Origin: an uncultured Sphingobacteriales bacterium
GTDB lineage: Bacteria > Bacteroidota > Bacteroidia > JAADEI01 > JALVCQ01
Assembly (NCBI GenBank): GCA_964452325.1
Contig: CAYVLB010000001.1
Coordinates: 4,343 to 41,135, forward strand
Length of the DNA: 36,793 nt
Reading direction: 5' to 3'
Under the pieces are notes generated by a model. The model did not search any database, was not told the DNA's origin, and saw only the letters and a list, made by a program, of their open reading frames with translations. Position numbers and translations under genes: made by a program. Shown here one piece after another: positions 1 to 8,559 of the stretch (its first letter is position 1; each line of letters begins with the position of its first letter).

Positions 1-105
1 TTACCCCCCGGATCTAACTGCCAACCATTCGCCAATGTGTCTTCTCCTGCTGCATCCGGCTCGAATAACCCATTATCCTCAAAACCATCCGCCCACGGCG
101 CTGTA
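1..105. repeat. Intragenic direct repeat, copy A (cut by the window edge); encodes the first ~35 aa of a MAM-like domain
   Basis: Aligns base for base with 886-990 at an offset of 885 bp. 104 of 105 positions are identical; the only mismatch is c56 versus t941. Identity stops abruptly at 105/990. Confidence 0.95.
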
Positions 106-1916
106 TATGGCGCATAATGCTCGACAACCTTCGTCGACGTGTCATTCGTATTATCCACATCCGGCGCATACATCGTGTATATATCAACCACATACACACC
201 CTCATTGCTCAAATCCACCGAACAACCCGTAAACGTATCTGACTCGCCAGGACTCAACGCCGTCGGCAACGTTATCGAACCCGAACACGCATTCACACCA
301 TTGGTATCCACCGAATAATTAATCACCGTACCCGAGGCCAAAGGAGACCCAAAATTCGTCAACACAAACACCGTCGGAATCGAAGCACCCAAACCACATC
401 CACTCACCGGCGTATCAATCATCGTAATCCCCACATCCGGCTGAAGATCCTTCACCTGCACACTATCTACCGACATATCGCCTTGCCAGTAGAACGACAT
501 ACCCGGCGTACGAACCCCACGAAAACGAATCCGCAACGGCGACGTATAACTACTTAAATCTAAATAATCCGAACTCCAAGGAGCCGACTGAGAAGCATGC
601 TGCTCTCCACTCCACGTCCGGAGCGTCGTCCAGGCACCACCACCCGCCTCCTGAACCTCAACATGCAAATCACCCATCCCCGCACCAAACATATGGTACG
701 CATATATCAAGTAAGGACTCGTAAGCAATGAAATATCCACACACGGACCCATCAAAATTGCTTCCTCACCAATGGATGGACTCGACTCTACATACACGTA
801 CCGATTGCCCGAATATGGAGCGGATGGACCCGTATTGGCCCAGCTCGGATGACCATTTTCCGTTCGCCAACGATAAACCGACGAATTACCCCCCGGATCT
901 AACTGCCAACCATTCGCCAATGTGTCTTCTCCTGCTGCATTCGGCTCGAATAACCCATTATCCTCAAAACCATCCGCCCACGGCGCTGTAGCAGATGTTG
1001 GAATTACCTGGAAGCTGTCGACAAGTGTGTCATTATCATTAATTGTATCCGGTGCATAGGTTATGTATGCTGTAATATTATAGGTGGCTCCCGTAACGGG
1101 TAAACCAATATTGCATCCGGTAATGGTATCCTTATCTCCACTCGCAAGGCCAGTGGCGAGGGTATAGTTGCCTGCACACGCTTGCACTCCATTGGTATCA
1201 ATTTGCCATGAAATAGTCTGACCTGCTGGGATATTCTGTGCACCCACATTAGCAATGACCAACGGGAAGCTATAAGAGGCAGTCGCACACCCACTGCCAG
1301 TATTTAAAATTTGATATACCATCAAGTCGGTATCAGATGGGGGCAACAAGATAACTACATAGTCTTCAGTTTCCCCCCACGTCCAACTTCCACAATAATC
1401 GGAGTTCGCCAATTGGGATCCGCCATACTTACATAGGACCCGGAGTCGGGTGGTATCGGTATCCATCACGGATGATCCTACAGGGGCGAAAAAGTTTACG
1501 GTCCATGTCCCATTAGAAGGAACCGAACTACTTGCTCCTAGAAAGTCGCTATTGTCCCATCCGTTTATGTTCCCATCTAGCCAGGCTGCGTAATATTCAT
1601 TCCACGTTGGATTATTGGTAGCCGTTAATGTATAGCCTTTGTTCTTGACCAAGACAATTGTGTCGTTCGTCCAAAGAATATATCCTGGATTAGTGGTGCT
1701 GGTATTGTCACAGGCCGAAGTACGGGAAAATGTTCCCACCGACACTCCGGCAATGTAGTCACCCACACCACACCCTGAACTGTAAGTAGGCAAACAATAA
1801 GATTGGGCATGCGCCTTCCAATATATAGCACTCATAAATACCAACAACAATACCCCAATGCGGGCCACAGCATGGGCCTCCGCCGTACGTAATTGTAAGT
1901 AACGCATCTTTTTCAT
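1..1916 (-). CDS. Secreted multidomain cell-surface protein, 3' end cut by the window edge. Order: signal peptide, GEVED-type domain, CARDB/Ig-like module, MAM-like domain, second CARDB-like module, start of a second MAM-like domain
   Basis: It is absent from the ORF track only because it has no in-window stop. My hand translation of the minus strand from ATG 1916-1914 (MKKMRYLQLRTAEAHAVARIGVLLLVFMSAIYWKAHAQSYCLPTYSSGCGVGDY...) stays open down to base 1, with codon starts at 2 mod 3. The three listed minus-strand ORFs here are all in another frame. The N-terminus looks like a signal peptide. YC..., WLDGNINGWDNSDF, TRLRVLCKY and CGSWTWGETEDYVVIL fit the GEVED domain pattern. APWADGFEDNGL..WRTENGHPSWANTGPSAPYSGNRYVYVESS..YLIYAYHMFGAGMGDLHVEV..IRFRGVR..GDMSVDSVQV fits a MAM domain. 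The two modules ending in DxxNxND resemble CARDB. Confidence 0.8.
   Translation of the reverse strand, partial: MKKMRYLQLRTAEAHAVARIGVLLLVFMSAIYWKAHAQSYCLPTYSSGCGVGDYIAGVSVGTFSRTSACDNTSTTNPGYILWTNDTIVLVKNKGYTLTATNNPTWNEYYAAWLDGNINGWDNSDFLGASSSVPSNGTWTVNFFAPVGSSVMDTDTTRLRVLCKYGGSQLANSDYCGSWTWGETEDYVVILLPPSDTDLMVYQILNTGSGCATASYSFPLVIANVGAQNIPAGQTISWQIDTNGVQACAGNYTLATGLASGDKDTITGCNIGLPVTGATYNITAYITYAPDTINDNDTLVDSFQVIPTSATAPWADGFEDNGLFEPNAAGEDTLANGWQLDPGGNSSVYRWRTENGHPSWANTGPSAPYSGNRYVYVESSPSIGEEAILMGPCVDISLLTSPYLIYAYHMFGAGMGDLHVEVQEAGGGAWTTLRTWSGEQHASQSAPWSSDYLDLSSYTSPLRIRFRGVRTPGMSFYWQGDMSVDSVQVKDLQPDVGITMIDTPVSGCGLGASIPTVFVLTNFGSPLASGTVINYSVDTNGVNACSGSITLPTALSPGESDTFTGCSVDLSNEGVYVVDIYTMYAPDVDNTNDTSTKVVEHYAPYTAPWADGFEDNGLFEPDAAGEDTLANGWQLDPGG
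886..990. repeat. Intragenic direct repeat, copy B; encodes the start of the complete MAM-like domain (TAPWADGFEDNGLFEPNAAGEDTLANGWQLDPGG)
   Basis: 104/105 identical to 1-105. The flanking sequence (991 onward versus 106 onward) is homologous only at a diverged protein level. Confidence 0.95.
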
Positions 1917-1942
1917 GGCAACATAATTTTGTTTTAGTCGTA

Positions 1943-1950
1943 CAAATCTA
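1943..1950 (-). promoter_or_regulatory. Putative Bacteroidota sigma-A -7 box (TAGATTTG) for the surface-protein gene
   Basis: The minus strand reads TAGATTTG, matching the TAnnTTTG consensus. It lies 26 nt upstream of ATG 1916 in an AT-rich 183-bp intergenic region. Confidence 0.45.
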
Positions 1951-2099
1951 TCAAGGCTTAAAAAATTTATTCTAAAAGGCAAAAATTTAGACCTAATTTA
2001 GACTTACTAAACGGAACTCGAAGTGCTACGGAAGAGCCCAAGAATGATTACAACAGGTATTGTAATAAAGTAGCCGGCGAACTTTCGAATGGCACCCCC

Positions 2100-3359
2100 C
2101 TAAAAGACATTCAAGGCATAGGGAATTCGGATGGAAAGGTCGTATGGTCCTTTTTCCGTGATGAGGATATCGTTTTCGAGTCGGATACCAATGTTTTCTT
2201 CCGGGATATAAATTCCGGGTTCACATGTAATAACCATATTGGGGGCTAAGGGGAGGCTATTGTCAGCGGCATCGTGTACATCAAGGCCGAGGTGATGTCC
2301 AAATCCATGCATAAAATAGCGCTGATAAGCCGAGGGGTTGGATTGGACCTCCCGGTCTGACAGCAGGCCTAATTCCAAAAGCTGTTCGGTGATCCATTGA
2401 CCGGCCCAGCGATTGAGTTCTTGGAATGTTGTGCCGGGGGTCATTCGTTCGATGAGTTGGCGTTGCACTGCCCATACTGCCTTATACACCTGTTCTTGGC
2501 GCTTCGAGAAGTTATTCCCAATAGATATTACCCGGGTAATATCAGAGCAATAACCGTGTACAGTGGCGCCGAAATCCACTAGCAGCAACTCTCCTTGGGT
2601 AAGGGGGGCATTATTCTTGGTATAGTGGAGGATCGTGGAATTTTTCCCAGAAGCAACGATGGTATCGAAAGCGATGGCATCGGCGCCTGCCTTAATCATA
2701 TTATAATGTAGGAAGGCTTCTACTTCATACTCGGACTTCAAATGTGGTAGTTCATCCACAAGATATTGTAAGGCTTGGTGTGCAATATCGATTGCCTTCT
2801 GTATGCATTGAATTTCGAATTCATCTTTGATCATTCGCATACGTGCAAGGAGGGGATAGAGGGGTCGTATGGGGAGGGCGGGATGGTCAGTCCGTATTTT
2901 TTCTGCATATCGGAGGGCGGCGTGGGAGATGGTAGGCACATAGCGAGGGTGTTGATTGTATTCAAGGTAGGTAGCCTGGGCTTGGGCGGCTCGAGGATAC
3001 CAGTATCGGTGGAAATGGTCAAGGGGCAGAACCTGGATATTGCCTGCTCGGGCGACGGCTTCTTCTTCGGTTAGGACATCACCTTCCCATACAGCCTTAT
3101 GTTGATCATAGGGTGGAAGAAAAAGCATTTCCTCTTGCTGCTCATCGTTTTTCCACAGCAATAGCAGGACATTTTCATGTTCGATTCCTGTGAGGTAAAA
3201 TAAATTGGGATTGGGCTGGTAAGGGAAGAATTGATCGGCAGATTTGGGCATTCGGTCATGAGCTACAACAACTGCCAGAGATTTTTCGGGCAATTGTTCG
3301 ATGAGTTGCTGTCGTCGGCGCTGATAGAGAGCTGGACGATATTGATAGTGACGAATCAT
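2100..3359 (-). CDS. pepP: Xaa-Pro aminopeptidase (M24B family)
   Basis: ORF 2100..3371. The pita-bread metallopeptidase motifs are present: [40 protein letters not shown] and the N-terminal creatinase-like region. The track start at 3371 is TTG. I chose ATG 3359 (MIRHYQ...), which forms an ATGA overlap with the fumC stop. Confidence 0.85.
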   Translation of the reverse strand: MIRHYQYRPALYQRRRQQLIEQLPEKSLAVVVAHDRMPKSADQFFPYQPNPNLFYLTGIEHENVLLLLWKNDEQQEEMLFLPPYDQHKAVWEGDVLTEEEAVARAGNIQVLPLDHFHRYWYPRAAQAQATYLEYNQHPRYVPTISHAALRYAEKIRTDHPALPIRPLYPLLARMRMIKDEFEIQCIQKAIDIAHQALQYLVDELPHLKSEYEVEAFLHYNMIKAGADAIAFDTIVASGKNSTILHYTKNNAPLTQGELLLVDFGATVHGYCSDITRVISIGNNFSKRQEQVYKAVWAVQRQLIERMTPGTTFQELNRWAGQWITEQLLELGLLSDREVQSNPSAYQRYFMHGFGHHLGLDVHDAADNSLPLAPNMVITCEPGIYIPEENIGIRLENDILITEKGPYDLSIRIPYALNVF

Positions 3360-4771
3360 TCTTCGGGGCAAATTGAAGATGTGTTACCGGTCATTTGATC
3401 AGGTCGTACAATTTGATCGAATTGTTCGGCGGTGAGGTAGCCAAGTTCGACTGCTGCTTCTTTAAGGGTTTTGTTTTCGGCATGGGCTTTTTTAGCGATT
3501 TGGGCTGCCTTTTCGTATCCGATGACAGGGTTCAGTGCGGTAACCAGCATTAGCGAGTTGTTAAGGTGCATCTGGATTCGTTGGGTATTGGCGGTGAGTC
3601 CATGAAGGAGTTTTTGGGTAAATGAGTTACTGGCATCAGTGATCAATTGCATCGATCGGAGTACGTTGTGGATAATGAGTGGTTTGAATGCATTCAGTTC
3701 AAATTGGCCATTGGAGGCACCGATGGCTGTGGCTACGTCATTACCGATGACCTGGGCTGCCACCATTGTGAGGGCTTCTGCTTGGGTGGGGTTTACTTTT
3801 CCGGGCATAATTGAGGAGCCCGGTTCATTTGCGGGTATGAGAATTTCACCGATAGCACATCGGGGTCCGGAAGCGAGCATTCGAATATCATTGCCAATTT
3901 TCATCAGGGCTACTGCGGTCCTTTTCAGGGCAGCGGAGAGTGCCACAAGGTCGTCGTGGGCGGCAATTTTCTCAAATTTATTGGCGGCGGGGCGGAAAGG
4001 CAGTTTTGTCCATTCTGCAATATATTCAATGGCTTTGACATCATATCCTTGGGGGGCATTGAGGCCGGTGCCCACGGCAGTACCTCCCAGCGGCAGAAAC
4101 CGTACTTCATCGAGCGCATTTTCAATGTGTTGGATAGCACTACGCAATTGAGCTTCATATCCTGAAAATTCCTGTCCGAGCGTAAGGGGTACGGCATCCA
4201 TAAAGTGGGTTCGCCCGACCTTGGTCAGATCTCGATATTGGCACGCGATGTGATGGAGGCGATCGGCCATTCGATAGAGGGCTGGCAGAAGGGACTGAAT
4301 ACCGAACTGATAGGCAGCGATATTCATAGCGGTAGGGAAGGTATCATTGGAGGATTGTGATTTATTGACGTCATCGTTGGGATGGAGGACTTTGGGATGA
4401 TCATCTAATGTGCCCCCTGCCAGCACGTGGGCTCGATTGGCAATGACTTCGTTGACGTTCATGTTGGTTTGGGTTCCCGACCCAGTTTGCCATATTACCA
4501 GTGGGAAATGATCATCCAACTGCCCACTGATGATTTCATCGGCTACTTTGGCGATGAGTATCGCTTTATCCGGATCCAGCACGCCCAGGTCGGCATTGGC
4601 CTTGGCGGCGGCTTTTTTCAGATAGGCATACGCGTAGATTACTTGCATAGGCATTTTTTCGCCGCCGATTTGGAAGTTTTGGAGGGATCGCTGGGTTTGA
4701 GCGCCCCAATATTTATGATTGGGAACGCGTACTTCGCCCATCGTATCATACTCGACTCGATAGGTATTCAT
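3356..4771 (-). CDS. fumC: Fumarate hydratase, class II
   Basis: ORF 3356..4801. It carries the [13 protein letters not shown] signature. The N-terminus [29 protein letters not shown] aligns with the E. coli FumC start as I remember it (MNTVRSEKDSMG...LWGAQTQRS). The track start 4801 is TTG, so I chose ATG 4771. Confidence 0.95.
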   Translation of the reverse strand: MNTYRVEYDTMGEVRVPNHKYWGAQTQRSLQNFQIGGEKMPMQVIYAYAYLKKAAAKANADLGVLDPDKAILIAKVADEIISGQLDDHFPLVIWQTGSGTQTNMNVNEVIANRAHVLAGGTLDDHPKVLHPNDDVNKSQSSNDTFPTAMNIAAYQFGIQSLLPALYRMADRLHHIACQYRDLTKVGRTHFMDAVPLTLGQEFSGYEAQLRSAIQHIENALDEVRFLPLGGTAVGTGLNAPQGYDVKAIEYIAEWTKLPFRPAANKFEKIAAHDDLVALSAALKRTAVALMKIGNDIRMLASGPRCAIGEILIPANEPGSSIMPGKVNPTQAEALTMVAAQVIGNDVATAIGASNGQFELNAFKPLIIHNVLRSMQLITDASNSFTQKLLHGLTANTQRIQMHLNNSLMLVTALNPVIGYEKAAQIAKKAHAENKTLKEAAVELGYLTAEQFDQIVRPDQMTGNTSSICPEE

Positions 4772-4844
4772 GGTTTCAAGAAGTCTTTTGTCGGCATGCA
4801 AAATAACAGCTCTGGTAGCAACCGCTGGATGTAGGTCAATTTTT

Positions 4845-4868
4845 CAGACTATTTCTCAATATAGTCTG
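4845..4868. promoter_or_regulatory. Perfect 8-bp inverted repeat (CAGACTAT-N8-ATAGTCTG) in the divergent fumC/gpmI control region
   Basis: Read directly: cagactat ttctcaat atagtctg. It is the only palindrome of this size in the 150-bp divergent intergenic region and may be an operator. Confidence 0.25.
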
Positions 4869-4894
4869 CCAGCCACGGGCGGGTATGGGGGTTG

Positions 4895-4902
4895 TACTTT
4901 TG
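4895..4902 (+). promoter_or_regulatory. Putative -7 box (TACTTTTG) for gpmI
   Basis: Matches TAnnTTTG and lies 19 nt upstream of ATG 4922. It sits inside the TTG-extended ORF of the track, which argues for the 4922 start. Confidence 0.4.
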
Positions 4903-4921
4903 GACGCCTTTTTTCGAATGC

Positions 4922-6457
4922 ATGTCAGGCATGTTGAGGCACCGGGTATGTTTAATTATTTTGGATGGATGGGGGCATGGTCCTTCGGATCCTTCGGTGA
5001 ATGCTATCAAAGCGGCTCACACCCCATTTATGGAGTCGTTATATACGCAATTTCCTTACATTGAGCTACGCACTAGTGGAGAGGATGTGGGTCTGCCGGC
5101 GGGTCAAATGGGTAATTCGGAAGTAGGACACATGAACATAGGGGCAGGACGTATTGTATATCAGCCGCTGGTACGTATCAATCGATACTTAGCGGAAGGA
5201 TGGTTTGATATCCATCCGGTTGTGGATGCCCTGGTGCGGCATGTACATCAAGGCCATCGCAAGCTGCATTTGTTGGGTTTGGTTTCTGATGGGGGCGTGC
5301 ATTCTCACATCGATCATTTGAAAGGCTTAATTGAGGTACTTGAGCGCAAAGGGATTCGGTCGTATTTTATCCATGCGTTCACCGATGGTCGGGATACGGA
5401 TCCTCATTCGGGGCAACGTTATATGGCGGATCTGAAAGATTTTTTAGCCCATCGCCAAGGACGTATCGCCTCGATTGTGGGGCGCTACTACGCGATGGAT
5501 CGGGACCGTCGTTGGGAACGTATTGCGCAGGCTTATCACTTGCTCGTTAAGGGGCAGGGGATGCCTTTCAGGGATCCAGTAGAGGCGATACAGTCATCCT
5601 ATCAATCGGGCATTACCGATGAATTTATTACCCCCAAGGTGATGGTAGACGATGAGGGGCGTCCTATTGCCACCATTGAACCCGATGATGCAGTAATTTT
5701 CTTCAATTTTCGGACCGATCGGGGGCGTCAGTTGACCCGCGCCCTTACGCAGGAAGACTTTCCACCATTTCAGATGTACCGCATTCCTTTATTCTACGTA
5801 ACGATGACCGAGTATGACAAGACGTTTGAGGGGGTTCGGGTTTTGGTAACAGAAGAGAAGTTAGAACACACATTAGGTGAAGTGGTGGCGAAGCATGGGG
5901 TACGTCAGCTGCGGATTGCAGAGACCGAAAAATATCCCCATGTAACGTTTTTCTTTTCAGGAGGACGGGAACGTCCTTTTGAAGGGGAAGACCGCATATT
6001 GGTGCCGTCTCCGAAGGTAGCCACCTATGACCTTCAACCCCAGATGAGCGCGGAAGCAGTTACGCGTCGTGTCATTGAGCAAATTCATTCGAATCGGCAG
6101 GGTTTAATTATTTTGAATTTTGCCAACCCAGACATGGTAGGACACACTGGTGTTTTTGAAGCGGTGGTTCGAGCGGTTGAAACTACCGATCGTTGTGCAG
6201 GGCAGGTAGTTCATCATGCACTTGAAGCAGGCTACATTCCCATTATTACTGCTGACCATGGAAATGCTGATTACATGGTAAATTCTGATGGGACGCCCCA
6301 CACTGCCCACACCCTCAATCCTGTTCCCTTCTTTATCCTTGACAACATACAATTTGCACATGCTGAGGGTCGGCTTGCCGATATTGCTCCCACCATCCTC
6401 CACTTAATGAAAATTCCGATACCACCAGAAATGACGGGCAAAGTGCTAATCCGTTAA
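4922..6457 (+). CDS. gpmI: 2,3-bisphosphoglycerate-independent phosphoglycerate mutase
   Basis: ORF 4892..6457. Supporting motifs: LIILDGWGHG, GNSEVGHMNIGAGR, GLVSDGGVHSH, NFANPDMVGHTG, ITADHGNA. The track start is TTG 4892. ATG 4922 (MSGMLRHRVCLIILDGWG) fits family N-termini; ATG 4931 is also possible. Confidence 0.93.
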   Translation: MSGMLRHRVCLIILDGWGHGPSDPSVNAIKAAHTPFMESLYTQFPYIELRTSGEDVGLPAGQMGNSEVGHMNIGAGRIVYQPLVRINRYLAEGWFDIHPVVDALVRHVHQGHRKLHLLGLVSDGGVHSHIDHLKGLIEVLERKGIRSYFIHAFTDGRDTDPHSGQRYMADLKDFLAHRQGRIASIVGRYYAMDRDRRWERIAQAYHLLVKGQGMPFRDPVEAIQSSYQSGITDEFITPKVMVDDEGRPIATIEPDDAVIFFNFRTDRGRQLTRALTQEDFPPFQMYRIPLFYVTMTEYDKTFEGVRVLVTEEKLEHTLGEVVAKHGVRQLRIAETEKYPHVTFFFSGGRERPFEGEDRILVPSPKVATYDLQPQMSAEAVTRRVIEQIHSNRQGLIILNFANPDMVGHTGVFEAVVRAVETTDRCAGQVVHHALEAGYIPIITADHGNADYMVNSDGTPHTAHTLNPVPFFILDNIQFAHAEGRLADIAPTILHLMKIPIPPEMTGKVLIR

Positions 6458-6535
6458 CATCAACGACCTACCATCTTATCCCATTTGGTATGGCTCTTTG
6501 TTCCCGATGATGCAAGTTTTCCTTCAAATCCGATC

Positions 6536-8413
6536 TTAGGAAGTCTGGCCATGATGTCTTGTCTCCGATATAGCCACACGATAGAGCCAATATAAGACTC
6601 CCATAAAAGCAACCAAAGGCACCCAATGGGGCCAATGAACGCCCACTGCCCACACCTCCGAATTGCCGGTTATCATAATTGGAACTGCCAGTGCAATTCC
6701 CATCAATGCTTCACCAGTGATAATTCCAGAAGCAGCCAACACCCCCACACCTTCGCTACGTCCGCATCGGTGCTTGACAAGCCAGGCAAGCAGACCTCCA
6801 ATGAAAATAGCGATATCCAATTCCAGCGGCAGATATAGCCCCACAGCCACTGCCAATACTGGGAGTCGGAAAGAAGACTTCCGCCGTTGCAGCCATTGGT
6901 CCAGAAGGATAATCCCTCCTCCCACTCCTGCCCCCACTATAATCATGCCCCATGGCAAGTGATGGCCAAACACACCTTCCGCAACACTTTGCATGAGGGT
7001 AGCCTGAGGGGCAGGCAACGCGAAGGGATGGTCTGGCGTGCGCGCCCCAAACCCATACGAAGTATTCAGGATATTTAGGATCGGGGCAATAAAAAAAGCG
7101 GCAGCCGTGACACCGACCAGCTGCATGATTTGTTGTTTCCAGGGTGTAGCACCGACCACAAACCCCGTTTTGAGGTCTTGCATGTTGTCGCCGGCAATAG
7201 CTGCTGCAGCGCATACGACTGTCCCCACCAAAATAGCCATGGCAGGGCCTACGGAATTGCCCGTTCCCAAGAACACCACCAACAGGAGTGCCACCGACAG
7301 GATCGTGGCAATTGTTACACCCGAGATCGGATTGTTGGAACTTCCCACCAGACCCGCCATGTAACCCGCCACTGTGGAAAACAGAAACCCTGCTACCAGT
7401 GCAAATACTGCCAGTCCTAGCGCCAATTCCATTACTCCCAAATGATAACGGTAAACAAGGACCACAGGGATAAACAATGCCATCACACCCCCCACTATCA
7501 ACGGGAGTGGGAGGTCTTGGTCGGATTGTTGGATGTTGGTTTTATCACGGAAGGAGTTGATCCCCACCGTTATCGCATACCGCAGTGCAGGTATCAGCTG
7601 AAAAACCGTCCACAGTCCACCCACAATCATGGCACCCACTCCTAAGTATCGGATTTGAGTACTCCACACCACATATGCTTGGTCGATTCCGTCGAGGACT
7701 GTCATGTCCTTCCAATAAACATAGAAAGGCATCGCGACCCACCAGCTGAACATACCGCCCAAGAAAATCAGGATGGCGATATTAAATCCGACGATATATC
7801 CTACTGCCAACAATGCTGGGGAAACGTTCATTCCACCATACAGGATCCATTTTTCTCGAATGACCATTGCTTGTTCGACAATTTCATCCCACAAGCGAAG
7901 TCCGCCGCCCATCAACTTAAATATTGCACCGACCATAGCCGCTTGCACCAAATACTTCACGCGTTGTCCTTTGGCTACCCCCGCCCGAAGAACTTCTGCG
8001 GTGGCTATACCTTCTGGGAAACGAAGTTGCTGAAATACGATCAGGGCTTTTCGCAACGGTACCGTGAAGAGCACACCCAACACACCACCCACCCACAATA
8101 TAAGCGTACTCTCCCAATAGTTAAATTGCTCCCAGAATCCCATCATCACCAAGGCTGGCAAGGTAAATATGGCCCCTGCCACCAAAGATTCTCCCGCCGA
8201 TGCTGCCGTTTGAACGGCATTGGCTTCGAGTACCGATCGCCGACGCATCATCCGAAAGATAGCCATTGCCATTACCGCTGCGGGGATCGAGGCCGACACT
8301 GTCATACCTGCAAATAGGCCCAAATAGGCATTTGCCGCAGCCAGCATCACCGACAACAAAATGCCCAACAATATCGTCTGCCATGTAAGCTCACGCAAAG
8401 CATTCCGATTCAT
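6536..8413 (-). CDS. OPT-family oligopeptide transporter (polytopic membrane protein)
   Basis: ORF 6536..8455. It is about 16 hydrophobic segments long. The N-terminal RELTWQTILLGILLSVMLAAANAYLGLFAGMTVSASIPAAV and ...NPISGVTIAT... are typical of bacterial OPT (TIGR00733-like) proteins as I remember them. The track start is GTG, so I chose ATG 8413 (MNRNALREL). Confidence 0.7.
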   Translation of the reverse strand: MNRNALRELTWQTILLGILLSVMLAAANAYLGLFAGMTVSASIPAAVMAMAIFRMMRRRSVLEANAVQTAASAGESLVAGAIFTLPALVMMGFWEQFNYWESTLILWVGGVLGVLFTVPLRKALIVFQQLRFPEGIATAEVLRAGVAKGQRVKYLVQAAMVGAIFKLMGGGLRLWDEIVEQAMVIREKWILYGGMNVSPALLAVGYIVGFNIAILIFLGGMFSWWVAMPFYVYWKDMTVLDGIDQAYVVWSTQIRYLGVGAMIVGGLWTVFQLIPALRYAITVGINSFRDKTNIQQSDQDLPLPLIVGGVMALFIPVVLVYRYHLGVMELALGLAVFALVAGFLFSTVAGYMAGLVGSSNNPISGVTIATILSVALLLVVFLGTGNSVGPAMAILVGTVVCAAAAIAGDNMQDLKTGFVVGATPWKQQIMQLVGVTAAAFFIAPILNILNTSYGFGARTPDHPFALPAPQATLMQSVAEGVFGHHLPWGMIIVGAGVGGGIILLDQWLQRRKSSFRLPVLAVAVGLYLPLELDIAIFIGGLLAWLVKHRCGRSEGVGVLAASGIITGEALMGIALAVPIMITGNSEVWAVGVHWPHWVPLVAFMGVLYWLYRVAISETRHHGQTS

Positions 8414-8559
8414 GTGCAACAATCTCGTTGAGGATGGGCTAAGATACAATCCCACTTTTGCCCATGAAAAACATCTTCAAGGGGCCCCTACTTCCATTGG
8501 CATCAAAATGTGTTTTTTTGCACCCGTTTAGCTTCTGCTGATCGGAAACTGCATTGGTC

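Noticed and set aside
35-991. Two plus-strand ORFs, 35..232 and 728..991, give nearly identical His/Pro-rich translations.
   Set aside because: They are the antisense reading of the two copies of the 105-bp repeat inside the minus-strand surface-protein ORF. The similarity reflects the repeat, not a gene family.
1917-2099. I considered an invertible (phase-variable) promoter upstream of the surface-protein gene.
   Set aside because: I found only weak, imperfect inverted matches (GTTTTAGT versus ACTAAAC) and no flanking inverted repeats of useful length. No tyrosine or serine recombinase gene is present in the window.
3639-4151. A 170-aa plus-strand ORF, plus 3925..4197, 3956..4165 and 4427..4834, lies within fumC.
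   Set aside because: It overlaps the unmistakable fumC frame ([13 protein letters not shown]). I recognise no motifs, so it is the same compositional artefact.
6458-6535. I considered a replication terminus (dif) or an origin at the gpmI/OPT convergent spacer, where the skew polarity changes.
   Set aside because: There is no dif-like XerC/D dyad (ATAA-N6-TTAT core). There is only one weak DnaA-box-like string (TTATCCCAT), no AT-rich unwinding element, and no dnaA/dnaN nearby. The second polarity switch at about 990 also argues against a simple ori/ter explanation.
7655-8317. A 220-aa plus-strand ORF, together with 6663..6962, 7038..7364, 7130..7420, 6756..7214 and others, lies inside the OPT transporter gene.
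   Set aside because: It is antisense or out of frame to a convincing membrane-protein gene. The translation is His/Cys/Gln/Arg-rich with no hydrophobic core or motif. Long open antisense frames are expected here because of the strong strand-biased third-position composition.
8464-8541. A 25-codon upstream ORF (MKNIFKGPLLPLASKCVFLHPFSFC) lies in the secDF leader.
   Set aside because: It is short, has no recognisable leader-peptide logic and no promoter box, and sits in a divergent spacer where chance ORFs are expected. I cannot support it without expression or conservation data.
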